From: Gordius albopunctatus
Taxonomy: Eukaryota
Assembly: GCA_964276515.1 (NCBI GenBank)
Contig: OZ193909.1
Location: 4,588,001-4,652,000 of the forward strand
Reading direction: 5' to 3'
Length of the DNA: 64,000 bases
Under the pieces are notes generated by a model. The model had not been told where the DNA came from. It was given only the letters and a program-made list of their open reading frames with translations, and made no database searches. The position numbers and the translations under genes were made by a program. Below, piece after piece: positions 37,391 through 49,509 of this stretch; positions within the stretch are counted from its first letter, which is position 1, and every line of letters starts with the position of its first letter.

Positions 37391-40300
37391 CGATTCGGAT
37401 TCAAATTTTTTTTCAAAAAAAATATTCGATTCGGGATTCGTTGAATATTAATATTAAGATTCGAAAAAAGTTTAGGGATTCGAATTCGAATATATATCAA
37501 CATTTTTAAATTAAAATTCAAAAAAAGGCTAACTGTGATTTCTATTGCATATATATTTAAAAAAATTATTTAAAAATCTTTAAGAAGAGTACACACATTG
37601 AAAATAAAAAGATAAAAGGCGAACAAAAGATTATAGCGATATGAGTAAAACAATCAAGAAGTGTTTTTAGCCAATTTTTAAGACAAATTATCTTCCTAAC
37701 ACTTTCTTTCTTAAAGAATCCTTGTGTTTCGTCAATAAATTTGTACCAGTTGAGAATAAAATCAAGCTGACTTCCTATAGCAGCTTCCAAGTCATCTTTA
37801 ATTTCGCTATAAGATATGCCATGTATTGGTGATACGCCTGTGGATTTCGAATCGAATATTTTAATATTCAAATTCGGATTCGAATTTTCTTTCAAAAAAA
37901 TATTGGATTCTAGATTCGTCGAATATTAAAATGAAGATTCGAATTCGATTCGAACATGTTTTAAGTTTTTTATAAAACATTACAAATACATTTCAAAAAT
38001 TTATTTAAAAATAAATTAAACACAAATAAATTCAATATGGAAATATAATAGGCGAACAGAAATATATTTATAAAATAATTAAGCAGTGTTTTTCATAGTG
38101 TTTTGATATTGTCTCATCTCGGTCTCGAAAACAAAATCTCGTCTCGTCTCGGGAGCGATTATGAAAATCTCGATCTAGTCTCGTCTCGGTCTAGAAAAAT
38201 CTCGATCTCGTCTCGACTTTTAAAAAAAATATATACTGAATAAAAATTTCTCCTGTTTTATTAAAAATATTAAATAAGTGTTAAAAATTAAAATGGCAAA
38301 TATTTATATTTTTTTATAAACTTTAAAACACAAACTTTTTAAAGATTTAGCGGGACACGACATATCATTGTCAATATGAAGATATGAATTCATTCAAAAA
38401 AATAACATTTTCTATGGAAAGTGCAGACTAAAAAACTATAAATAGAGAAGTATATAAAAATCAATTTTATTGTTTTAGCAAATTATAACATTTGTATCAA
38501 ATCACTGTGTTTGTCAACTATATAGAATTAGATAATAATAAATAGGTTATAGTTGACTTAGTGGCACAATTTAGCAAATTGAGACCCTTTATGAACCCTG
38601 GTTAAAGCTTCAAAGTAGACTTTAACATATTTAAGGCACACATTTAAGTCCATTAGTACCATCATCAATTATAGCCCATAGTGTTTATTGCATGTTTACT
38701 ATAGCGCTATACACAAACTGCGAGTGACTTTTAATGATAAAATTATTATTTACAGAATTGATAACTAGATGCACATATAAAAACGGGTAGAAACAACAAT
38801 AAAAGCAGCATTATTATAGGATTAGGAATATAAGGTTTTAAATTCTAAATTGCACGTATGTAAATTTATGACAAAAATCATTAAAATCAAATTCATATTC
38901 CAAATAATTATCTTCCAATTCTAACTAACTTTGACATTAAATAGTTATTTATCGAATATAGTTGAAGCATAAAACTTCTAGAAAACTCATGCTTTAGATT
39001 TAATCTATTGCGGTGTCATTAAATAATCTATTGTACTTTTGAAATCGTTAAGCGGGTGCTTAAAAATCTCGAGCCACCTTAGCTTAACTAGTTTAATTAT
39101 TCAAACTGATTGATCATCAATTTATAATTTCCGCATTATGCAGGATGAGTAACTGCGAAATATAAATATGATTTGTTTATATTTACTATTCAATCAGATC
39201 TCATTCTAAGCCTATAATTTTGTAATATTTAGTAATGTTATGGATTCAAAATTATTCACATACCCTAAGGGTCAACCATACTTAGGTAAATGTTGCAAAA
39301 AATATAATATTTACAGGAATTTTTTTAATGTCAAATATATTTCATACATATTGATTTACACTTAATACCTTAAATGTAAATCATGCAAATTAAAATACAC
39401 AATAATTTACTAAAATCTAACTATAAAAAAAGTCGAGATCTCGCCGAAAAATCTCTATTGTCTCGACATCAAAATTCTCGTCTCGATCTAGACTCCATTT
39501 TTCAAATTCTCGACCGAGACGAGACGGAGATTTTTCTCTGTTTTTCCGCATCACTAGTTTTTCAGCTAAATTTTTGAGGCAAATTATTTTTCTAATATTT
39601 TCTTCCTTAAAGGATTGTTTATGTTTAGTTAATAAATTGGTCCCGGTGGAAAATATTTTTTCACACGTCGTAGATGATCCAGGAATTGACAGAATATTCT
39701 TCGTCAATTTTTGGATTGCTGGAAAACGTGTTTCATTCGATCTCCACCATTGTAAAGGATCAGCACATGATCCAACCCGGGTTTCAGATAAAAACGTTTC
39801 TAAAGGCGATTTCGCATTGCTGCCTGACTTGAATAGTTGATCTAGACTTGTTAAATCATTAGTTATTACCAAATCAACACCCTGACTCCCTAGGGCAGTT
39901 TCGGGATCATACTTGATTTCACACAAAGATATATTGTTTTCTGATGACAAACATTCAAAATATTGAATATAAGCCTGGGATCAACAACGCTTGTCAGAAT
40001 AGCTATCTTTTCATTATACATCATATATTTTTGACAACATGATCCTCAATTCCTGCTAAGGTAAAACCAAGTTTATTGTTGTAATATTGCTCCCCACATA
40101 CTAGATTGGTTGCATTGTAAAATGGAAAAAGTATCCCTTTGACTTTCTCTATTTCTTCCCATTCATTACCAGAAAGTAATTCTTCCTTATAGAATTTAAA
40201 TGACAAATCATCTAGTGCTTGTCTCATTAAACAAGCCTTTTCTATCATTGTATATGTGCTATTCCACCTGACCACCATGTCAAGTTTTACTTTTATATAG

Positions 40301-41150
40301 TTAAGAGGTGGTTCAAACTCCTGACATATGACCTTCAATCTTGATATATTCTTTGGTTGCCTTGCAATTTTTATTAATGTTCTTAGTTTGATTAAATTGT
40401 GATTTACATTTTCAAGAACTTGTTTTGCTGCAAGATTTATTATGTGACCCATACATTGAACACCCACTATTTTCAATGATGGATATTTTTTTGAGAGGAT
40501 CTCAATAAACCTTATATTACTTCTAGCATTATCTAAAGTCATGCAACAATTTTTTAAAGTGATACCATTGTTATTTAAAATAGATATAAAAACATCACAG
40601 ATGTTTTGTCCTGAATGCTTGCCAATAAAAGGATAGCAATCTATAAGTATATTTTCCAACTCCCATTTATCATTAATAAAGTGGGTTGTTAAAGCAAGGA
40701 AGGGGACTCCTATAGGAGATGCCCATATGTCTATGATGTAGTTGAGTTGGGAAGTCACTTCAGACAGTCTTGATTTGATTTTGTTAGAAGGTTCTAAATA
40801 AATATCATTTAGATATTTCTTCATTAAATCTTTAAAATAAATTGGTAAATTTGCATTCCTAGCCAATTGAAACTTTTTAAAATTTTCAATGTTTAATAAT
40901 TTTAAGGATATGTAATCACTTTAATAATATCTGTCATCATATCTTGGATTTAAGTATTTTTCAATATTTTCATCTTTATGTGGTTTTATATGAAAAGTTT
41001 GATAATTTATATTTAACTCTGATGTTGTTCCTGATTTATTATACTCAAAAAAATTTCAAGCAACAATTACATATTACGTTATTTGATTCTTTATTGACTT
41101 TAAAATGATCCCAAACAACAGACTTTTTACTTTTAACTTCTTTAGCACCT
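37390..41150 (-). mobile_element. hAT DNA transposon with BED-finger transposase (disrupted; 5' end lost), 3' subterminal TTCGAAT repeats
   Basis: BED SVVWDHF..C.CC (41045-41150); catalytic core DIW..LDNARSN..CMGHIINLAA..VRWNSTY (40021-40866); dimerization domain WW..FP..LSIPGSSTTCEKIFS (39560-39800); partial duplicate of the 3' end at ~37650-37750. Confidence 0.85.
38096..39556. mobile_element. Complete 1.46-kb non-autonomous hAT element (TCTCG subterminal repeats) inserted at the 3' end of the transposase
   Basis: TAGTG...CACTA ends with 8-bp TSD GTTTTTCA (38088-38095, 39557-39564). Confidence 0.88.
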
Positions 41151-41197
41151 AAATTTAACAATATAGAAAAAAAATTATGTTGTGTATATAAGAATGT

Positions 41198-41263
41198 TGT
41201 ATGTATGTATGTATGTATGTATGTATGTATGTATGTATGTATGTATGTATGTATGTATGTATG
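41198..41263 (+). repeat. (TGTA)n microsatellite, ~16 units, from the 5' region of a non-autonomous Helitron
   Basis: Perfect tetranucleotide run that continues after the LTR element at 45447 into the Helitron motif GTAAGGGCTAA. Confidence 0.9.
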
Positions 41264-44200
41264 TGTAATATATATCGTGATTTGTAATATCAGTTTATAC
41301 AATATCTTTTAATCTGCATTCCTTGTGAATTAATAATATATGTTGTTCTAAATTATTAATGGATAATAAAATCTGGGGATTTCCTAGTTAGTAAATTGGC
41401 GCGGTCGTTTTGAAAAAAAAATGGAAGGAATACCTCAATATAAGGCAGGTGATAACATAAATACATATTTGTTCACTCTTGATAATATATTTGAGTCTAA
41501 AAATGTCCCAAAAGAAACTAGAACCAAAACTATCTTGGGTTATATGGGACAGAAAAACGTTGAATTACTGATAAACTTTGTGTATCCAGATAATATAAGC
41601 TCACTTGAATATGATGATTTAATCAAATTAATAAAGAAGGTATTCCAAACTAAATACACTGTTTTTCAAGCAAGGTTAAATTTTATGAGATGCATAAAAA
41701 AGGATGATGAATCTTTAATAGAATATGTTACTAGATTAAAAGCCTCTGCTGAGTGCTGTAGTTTTAAATTGTTGGATGAACGATTGCGAGATCAATTTTT
41801 AAATGGACTGCATAATACACAACTAGAGATAGAGATAAGAACCAAATGGCCGGATGCTGTAAAGCATACAGGACTAGAGGTGACCTTCAATGATGTTTAT
41901 AACTTAGCTGAATCAATGCATCTTGCAAATAAGGAGGTTAATTCTTCCTCAAATGAATTAAACAAAATTCAAAATTATAAAAAACCTACTCATCAAAATA
42001 ATAGGCAAACAATAAAACAATTTGCTACAAAGAAGGATGAACATCAACAATCATTCATAAGAAATTGCTATAGATGTGGTAAGTCACATGCAATGAAGCA
42101 ATGTCCAGCATTTTTAAAAGAATGTTCCATATGTCATCATAGAGGACACTTTGCAAAAATGTGCAAAACCTCAAACAAAGTAAAGCATATCATCAATACA
42201 ATTTGGGTTAATTATGATATAAACAATTTATATCAAAACAAGCCATATATAAGTGTTATAATCAATAATAAGAAATTCACCATGTTATATGACACAGGAT
42301 CTTGTGTATCTCTGATTAACAACAAGATGTACAAAATTTTGAACACACCAATTTTACGTCCTACTCCTGTTTTAAAAGCTTATGGAAATCATACAATACC
42401 AATTAATGGAGAAACTTTACTACAGGTATGTTGCAATAATAAAATAATGAAATTACCTGCTGTTGTGACAACTTCAGATGAAGAACCTATTTTTGGTTTA
42501 AATTGGATGCAGGCTTTTAACCTAAAACTTCCTCATCAAGTTAAGATTAATGCGATAGAAGAAAAACCTATAAAAATAGAAGAGGAATGGGTTGGAAAGT
42601 ATACCAACGTGTTCAGTGATGGCACTGGCTGTATTAAAGACTATGAGGTAAATCTTTTTGTAAAGGAAGAAGCCAAAGCCATAGCATTTCCTGCACGAAG
42701 AGTTCCTTTTCCTTTAAGGAAGAAAGTTGAAGAAGAAATTAAAAGATTATTGGACGAAGAGATAATTGAACATGTTGATCCTGCAACAACACCAATAACA
42801 TGGGCAACTCCAATAGTAAATGTATTAAAATCAAATAATTCCATTAGAATCTGTGGAGATTTTCGAGTTACTATCAATCCCTTCCTAACTTTAAACAACC
42901 ATCTACTTCCGACATTTGACGATTTAATTCTGAAGATCGCAGGAGGGCAGAAATATACAGTAATTGACTTACGTGATGCCTATCTCCAGATGAAGGTTGA
43001 AGAAAAGTCGCGACATTATCTCACTATCGCAACACATTTAGGTTATTATCGATATAAACGTCTTCCATTTGGACTGTCGATAGCACCAAATTTATTCCAA
43101 CGTTATATGGAGGAACTATTAGATGGGATTCCCCATACCGGCGTACTTCTAGATGATATCATAATTACAGGGGTAAATGAAAATGACCACCTGAAAAATC
43201 TGAACGAAGTACTAAAGAGGGTACAGGACGCTGGTCTAAAAGCTAAGAAAGAAAAGGTAAAATTTTTCCAAAATTCAGTTAAATACTTGGGACATGTGAT
43301 AGATGCAACAGGGATCCACCCGACCCAAGAGCGAGTGGAAGCCATTGTTAATTTCAAAGAACCACAAAACAAAAAAGAACTACGTTCCTTTTTAGGACTA
43401 GTTAATTATCAGGAAAGGTTCATCCCAATGCTACACGAAAAATGCGCACCATTGCATGCATTGACGGGCTCATCAATAGGTTGGAAATGGACGATTAAAG
43501 AGCAGAAAATTTTTAACGATGTTAAACTGATGCTTTCAACGTCCAATACTTTGGTACCGTATTCAACCTCATTGCCGCTATACCTAGCGGTAGATGCTTC
43601 TGAAACTGGTGTAGGTGCTGTACTATCACACTTATATGCAGACGGGTCCGAAAGAGCTATTGCGTACGCATCCAGGACGTTAAGCGAGTCCGAAAAACGA
43701 TACTCTACCATTGATCGGGAAGCGCGAGCGATTGTGTTCGGCGTTCAAAAATTCGATCAATACTTACGGGGTCGAAAATTTGTATTGATGACGGATCACA
43801 AACCTCTAGAAAGATTATTCGGAAATCATCGGGATTTACCGAAAGTGATCAATAATAGATTAATTCGATGGGCTTTATTTTTAAATGGATATCAATACGA
43901 CATAAAATACCGATCAGGAAAGGAAAATCAATGTGCTGATGCATTGTCAAGACTGCCAGATCCAAAATACCTTGAAACGGATCAAATCAATCACGTGGGA
44001 CTACTCATGTTAGATGAATTAAAGTTAGATTATGAAATGCTAAAAACATCAATAAAAAAAGATCCTCTTTGTCGTGAATTAATTTCAGCGATCAACCGAG
44101 AATGGCGGTTGGATTTAAAAAAAATGCCATTTTACATGAAAACGTACTACAATCGAAGGGAGGAACTGTCATTTGAAGATGGAGTATTATTGCGTGGAAA

Positions 44201-45446
44201 TCGGTTAATAATACCGAGGAACTTACGAAAGTTAGTTTTACAAATATTACACCAAGGACACCCCGGTATTACAGGAATGCTTAATTTAGCCCGATATTAT
44301 GTTTGGTGGCCGGGAATGGACAAAAGTATCGATTTGTTTGTAAAGGAATGTGACGGTTGTCAAGAAGGCCGACAAGCCGAACAAGAAGTTCCCTTATATT
44401 CTTGGTCTGTACCTGACCGTCCTTGGGATCGAGTCCACGTAGATATTGCCGGCCCTGTCGAAGGAAATTATTGGTTGGTTTTAATTGATGCATTATCGAA
44501 ATGGGTGGAGATAGCCACACTATCGTCGATTAAAGGACCACAAATTGTGAGGCAATTACGAAATTGGTTTTGCAGGTTCGGTATTCCCTTGCAAATAGTA
44601 TCAGACAATGGACCACAATTTGTCGGTGAAGAGTTCACAAAATTTTGCGACAACAACAACATTAAGCACGTAACATCAACTCCATACCACCCCAAAACAA
44701 ATGGATTAGCTGAGAGAATGATTCGAACGCTAAAATCAAGATACTGGGCAGCGAGAAAATCAGGGGAAGAGAAAGAATTATGCCTTCAACAAATAATCAT
44801 GACATACAGGAATACACCTCAGGCAACCACGGGTAAAGCTCCGGCGGAATTGTTGTTGGGAAGAAGAGTAAGGACAGTGTTGGACCTTATTCGACCTGAT
44901 CCGAAAGAAAAGTGGAAGGAGAGATTAGCTAAACAAAAGAGTTACCATGACCGAAAAGCGTGTTATAGGGAATTTCAGGTTGGAGATCCAGTATGGATTC
45001 GAAATGAAATTAAAGCGGGCTGGTATAAAGGATTTATCATAGAACGTAAAGGCCCATATTCATATATAGTTCGCACTGATAAAGGAATTAAACGGAAACA
45101 CGCGGATCAGTTAAAATTTAGGATGCAATCCCAGTTCGTCGAAACTAACGATACTAGTCGGGAACCGAATGTTGAAAAAGTTGCAAGTCCGAATACTAGT
45201 CTGGAAACGAATGTTGAAAAAGTCGCAAGTCCGATTACGTTAAGACGATCGACTAGAACGTCAAAACCACCTGTACGGTTCTACGAGGAATTTCACATTT
45301 AAAATAGGGAGAAATGTAATATATATCGTGATTTGTAATATCAGTTTATACAATATCTTTTAATCTGCATTCCTTGTGAATTAATAATATATGTTGTTCT
45401 AAATTATTAATGGATAATAAAATCTGGGGATTTCCTAGTTAGTAAA
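41264..45446 (+). mobile_element. Full-length Mag-like Ty3/Gypsy LTR retrotransposon, 4183 bp
   Basis: LTRs 41264-41395 and 45315-45446 (132 bp, identical by eye); 5-bp TSD GTATG; PBS TGGCGCGGTCG at 41397; PPT AAAATAGGGAGAAA at 45301-45314. Confidence 0.95.
41421..45302 (+). CDS. Gag-Pol polyprotein (1293 aa)
   Basis: Twin knuckles CYRCGKSH..C and CSIC..GH..C, protease YDTGS, RT WATPIV..CGDFR..RLPFG..LLDD, RNase H DAS..TDHKPL, integrase HQGH..C..C, DIAGP, SDNGPQF, NGLAER, GPY; uninterrupted. Confidence 0.95.
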   Translation: MEGIPQYKAGDNINTYLFTLDNIFESKNVPKETRTKTILGYMGQKNVELLINFVYPDNISSLEYDDLIKLIKKVFQTKYTVFQARLNFMRCIKKDDESLIEYVTRLKASAECCSFKLLDERLRDQFLNGLHNTQLEIEIRTKWPDAVKHTGLEVTFNDVYNLAESMHLANKEVNSSSNELNKIQNYKKPTHQNNRQTIKQFATKKDEHQQSFIRNCYRCGKSHAMKQCPAFLKECSICHHRGHFAKMCKTSNKVKHIINTIWVNYDINNLYQNKPYISVIINNKKFTMLYDTGSCVSLINNKMYKILNTPILRPTPVLKAYGNHTIPINGETLLQVCCNNKIMKLPAVVTTSDEEPIFGLNWMQAFNLKLPHQVKINAIEEKPIKIEEEWVGKYTNVFSDGTGCIKDYEVNLFVKEEAKAIAFPARRVPFPLRKKVEEEIKRLLDEEIIEHVDPATTPITWATPIVNVLKSNNSIRICGDFRVTINPFLTLNNHLLPTFDDLILKIAGGQKYTVIDLRDAYLQMKVEEKSRHYLTIATHLGYYRYKRLPFGLSIAPNLFQRYMEELLDGIPHTGVLLDDIIITGVNENDHLKNLNEVLKRVQDAGLKAKKEKVKFFQNSVKYLGHVIDATGIHPTQERVEAIVNFKEPQNKKELRSFLGLVNYQERFIPMLHEKCAPLHALTGSSIGWKWTIKEQKIFNDVKLMLSTSNTLVPYSTSLPLYLAVDASETGVGAVLSHLYADGSERAIAYASRTLSESEKRYSTIDREARAIVFGVQKFDQYLRGRKFVLMTDHKPLERLFGNHRDLPKVINNRLIRWALFLNGYQYDIKYRSGKENQCADALSRLPDPKYLETDQINHVGLLMLDELKLDYEMLKTSIKKDPLCRELISAINREWRLDLKKMPFYMKTYYNRREELSFEDGVLLRGNRLIIPRNLRKLVLQILHQGHPGITGMLNLARYYVWWPGMDKSIDLFVKECDGCQEGRQAEQEVPLYSWSVPDRPWDRVHVDIAGPVEGNYWLVLIDALSKWVEIATLSSIKGPQIVRQLRNWFCRFGIPLQIVSDNGPQFVGEEFTKFCDNNNIKHVTSTPYHPKTNGLAERMIRTLKSRYWAARKSGEEKELCLQQIIMTYRNTPQATTGKAPAELLLGRRVRTVLDLIRPDPKEKWKERLAKQKSYHDRKACYREFQVGDPVWIRNEIKAGWYKGFIIERKGPYSYIVRTDKGIKRKHADQLKFRMQSQFVETNDTSREPNVEKVASPNTSLETNVEKVASPITLRRSTRTSKPPVRFYEEFHI

Positions 45447-46140
45447 GTATGTATTTATTTATGTATGTATGTAAGGGCTAAATTCTGAAACTACCGGCCC
45501 GATTCGCGCGAAAATTTAACCATAGATGCCCAAGACGGCCAGGGGTAAAATAGCTTTTTCAGAATCCTAAAATTTCTTTTAGTTTTAAAAATATCAGACA
45601 TTTCGTTTTAAAAAAGACTAAATTATGAAACTACCTGCCCGATTCGTTCGAAAATTTAGCCGTAGATGTCCAAGAATGCCAGGGGTAAAATAGTTTTTCA
45701 GATTTCTAAAATACCTTTTCGTTTTAAACATATCGCACATTTCCCGGCAAGTTTCATTTATAGCAGCATATACAATAATGACGTCATACATACAAGGCTG
45801 AAGTTTTCTCGAATTAGATATTTAAAAGTATAATAAAAGTGTTACAGTATATAGTCAAAATTATTGGGGTTTAACAAACTATTTAAATTAAATAAATAAT
45901 ATTTAAATTAATAGCTTTTGCAGAATCCTAAAATTCCTTTTAGTTTAAAAAAAGGGATTAATTCTGAAACTACCGGCCCAATTCGCTCGAAACTTTAGCC
46001 GTAGGTTTCCAGGGCGGCCGGGGGTAAAATAGCTTTTTCTGATTCCTAATATACCTTTTCGTTTCAAAAATATTGGACATTTCCCGGCCAGTTTCATTTA
46101 TAGCATCATATACAATAATGATGTCATACATACAAGGCCC
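45447..46140 (+). repeat. Three tandem copies of the non-autonomous Helitron 5' subterminal block
   Basis: GAAACTACCGGCCCGATTCG..AAAATTTAGCCGTAG..GGGGTAAAATAGC recurs at ~45485, ~45625 and ~45965; matches 61375-61660. A TCTCG hAT end fragment follows at 46141-46221. Confidence 0.8.
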
Positions 46141-46221
46141 GAAAAAATCTCGTCTCGTCTCGACATCAAAACTCTCATCTCGATCTCGACTCCATTTTTC
46201 AAATTCTCGTCTCGTCTCGAA

Positions 46222-48278
46222 CTGTTGGTTATGGACTTAATATTAAAGGGCCTTAAAGGGCAAAAGGTACAAAGAGTAGCCGCTACTATACAATGGAGGA
46301 AACTAAAGTATAATATTCAACATTTTAAGGAGCAAGTAATTAAACATGCTGAATTTAAGGAAAATACTTCATGTGAGAATCAATGGAATGGTATAGCTGC
46401 CACAATGCGAAAAGCGGGACGACAAATACTAGGTGAAAGCAAGCCCACTAAAAGAATTCTCAAGGAGACGTGGCGGTGGAATGAAGAAGTGCAAAAATTT
46501 ATCAAGGAAAAGAAGACATTGTACAAAGTTTGGTATAAAAGCAAGGATAGTAATGATAAGCAAGCCTACCAAGTAGCTGAAAGATCGGCTAAAAAATTCG
46601 TAGCGAAAGCTAAAAACAAGGTGTACGACGATATATGTAAAACTCAACTCAAAGGGTCAAAAAAATACTAACACACGACAGCCATATACTACAAAGATGG
46701 TACGACTATTTTAGCGATTTATCAATTGAAAAGGGGCCTGTAGTCGAAGACACTAACCAGGAAAACACAATAGGAGAATTAAACACAGCGGACTGGATCA
46801 CGGAAACGTAATTCAAAGTTGCTATGGGTAAACTAAAGTCAGGAAAAGCTCTTGGACCCGACAATATACCAATAGAGGGCTTCAAAGCGTTAGGTAATAC
46901 TGGTGCACAATTCTTCGCCAACCTTTTCAACAATATCTTGAAAACGGGTAAAATGGGAGGGATAGCTACATGATTCCGATATACAAGATGAAAGGGGACA
47001 TTCAGGATCGCAACAATTATAGAGGGATAAAGCTTATGAGCCACACTTTCAAGGTGTGGGAAAAAGTGATCGAAAAACGGCTTCGGAGTTTGGTTCAAAT
47101 TCGAGATAACCAATTTGGATTTATGTCGTAGAGGTCTACAGCAGACGCCCTAAACAGTGTTAGAAGATTAATGGAACGGTTTAAACAAAGGGAAGAGGAT
47201 TTGCACATGTGATTCATCGATCTAGAAAAAGCGTTAGATAAAGTTCTTCGTAATTTAGTTTGGCAATGTCTTAAAGAAACCAATGTACCAGAAGTATACG
47301 TCAGAGCAATAAAAGATATGTACAAGGGAAATAGAACGTACGTTAGAACATCAGTGGGGACTACAAAGGGCTTTGACATTAACACTGGAGTCCATCAAGG
47401 TTCAGCCCTTAGACCCTTCCTATTTATAATGATAATGGATAATATTATAAAGGATTTGGGCGAGGAAGCTCCTTGGGCAATGATCTATGTAGATAATATA
47501 ATCCTGTGCCAAAACTGAAGAAGAATTGGCTAATACTGTAAATAGATGGGTAAATGCAATAGAAGAAAGTGGTCTCAAGGCAAATCGAAAGAAAACAGAA
47601 TACATGAAGACCAAGTTTAAATCGGATGAAAACCAGCAAAGTGCATCCCTTACTTTAGGCGATTGGCACCTTACAAGCGTGGATTCCTTCAAATATTTAG
47701 GATCAACACTTCAATCGGATGGTGGAATGGATAAAGAAATCCAAACAAGGATAAATTCCGGATGGCTCAAGTGGAAGGACTTGACAGGTGTTCTGTGTGA
47801 CAAAAACATCCCGAGAAGACTAAAAGGCGCACTGTATAAATCCATCATACAGCCAACAGTCCTGTATAGCTCGGAATAATGGGCTATACGTAAAAGAGAA
47901 GAGCAACGTCTTGCGGCCATGGAGATGAGAATGCTAAGATGAGTGCTAGGAGTAAGCAAAAAGGACCATAGGCGAAATGAAGAAAGAAGAAGAATTTTGT
48001 TTACTACATCAATTGCGACAAAGCTCCTAACAAATAGACTAAGATGGTATGGCCATGGCGAAAGAAGGGACAATAGCTACGTAGGAAAGAAAATCGAGTT
48101 GATAAATTTCGCAGGAAAACGAAGGAAAGGAAGACCCAAGCTTACCTGGATTCATAAAATACGGCATGATAAGAAAGTCCACAAGATAAAGAAAGATCTA
48201 TGTAAACATAGAAACAAATGGAAACGAATGCTGAAAAGGACTGACCACCAGCCTAGGTGACAAGCAGTCATAGAAAGA
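46222..48278 (+). mobile_element. 5'-truncated RTE-clade LINE (RT and C-terminus), decayed
   Basis: NQFGF, FIDLEKA.D, GVHQGSAL.PFLF, YVD, FKYLG, GWLKW..VLCD, RLRWYGH, RKGRPK..W; short 3' hairpin GACTG..CAGTC. Confidence 0.92.
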
Positions 48279-49509
48279 TTTGTATTTCTTACATAAAACT
48301 AGGCAAGTCCTAATCATTTTAACCTAAATGGTGGTCTTAAGAATAGCATGATATATGGTCGTAAAATAAACATTATTAGATTAAAGAAGTGTTAAGGTCA
48401 TAAGCTAAGTCTTTTTGTTTTTTAGGTTTTAAACAAATGTAAAAACAATAAAATTCATATAAGTTCTGCATGAGCAAAAATATTAAGTTGTTTTGGTCTT
48501 CTTACACCCAGCCGAAAGATAGGATTTTTAACTAGTGACACACCAAGCCTTCACTGCTTAAAAAACCTTTGTTTAAAAATTATTTATTTGTGTGATAAAA
48601 ATCTTTTATTGTGTATAATGTAACTAAACTATGGCATTAAAATAGAGATACAATAATGAAATCATAATTTATAATTGCCTATAAAAAAGATTATCTATTT
48701 TAACAGATTTTCATCTGACCCTTCTCACATCTATAAGATAACATGCCATGCTAGAAGTGTGCACAATAATGACCCTGACAGTTGGAATTTAACCAAATCT
48801 TATTGAAAAATTTATAAGGAATTGGTAGCAACAAATCTTGTTCCTTCCAGCATAGAAGCACTATAACTCAAAATCCTCAATTTTTGATTTTAGATAAATA
48901 AATATCTAATATTTCAATTAAAATTCCTTATAAACTATTCTACATATTATAAATCAATATTATAGACCAGATTATTATAAATATAATATAAAATCAAACT
49001 ACAATGTGTATTTATTTGTTCTTATATTCATAACTTTTGAAATAAAACTAAATAAAACACATTGTTTGGCCAATTTATTTAGTGCCATTAAAGATATTTA
49101 TATATTTATAATGCCTTTGAAGTATAAAGCATGTAGATATTTAAATCATTACCTATTATCTTTGGTCATAAAATGTTTTAAATTAAGTTTTAATAATCAA
49201 AAAACAAGTATGATTTAATGTTACAAAAATGTGGATCACTAAAAACTTTTAAATGGTTGTTTGGCCTAAAAAAATATTTTGAAAAGGGCTAATGGCATCA
49301 TGCTAATCCCCTTAATTATTAAAATAGCAAAATGTATAAAAACAACCTGATTAATGGATTGCTTAAAAACTATTTTAATAGATTAGCAAATCAGTTAATA
49401 TTTAGCCTGGTACAATAATAAAATTGTATCAAGTTTTAATATAATGATATTTATTTTTCAATATTAATTTAAAGGAACATTAAAATATATTGTTTAATTA
49501 CAAAGTAAT

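Noticed and set aside
37566..37895. 109-aa ORF with hydrophobic C-terminus
   Set aside because: Chimeric translation of hAT subterminal repeats and a duplicated transposase tail (RKIICLKNW).
41150..41302. ORF segment with TYIH repeats fused to a BED finger
   Set aside because: Read-through of the (TGTA)n microsatellite and LTR; only the BED part (41045-41150) is real coding remnant.
42641..44695. Several minus-strand ORFs within the Gypsy element (likewise within the LINE, Helitron and FKBP4 regions)
   Set aside because: Antisense shadows of real coding frames with no independent motifs.
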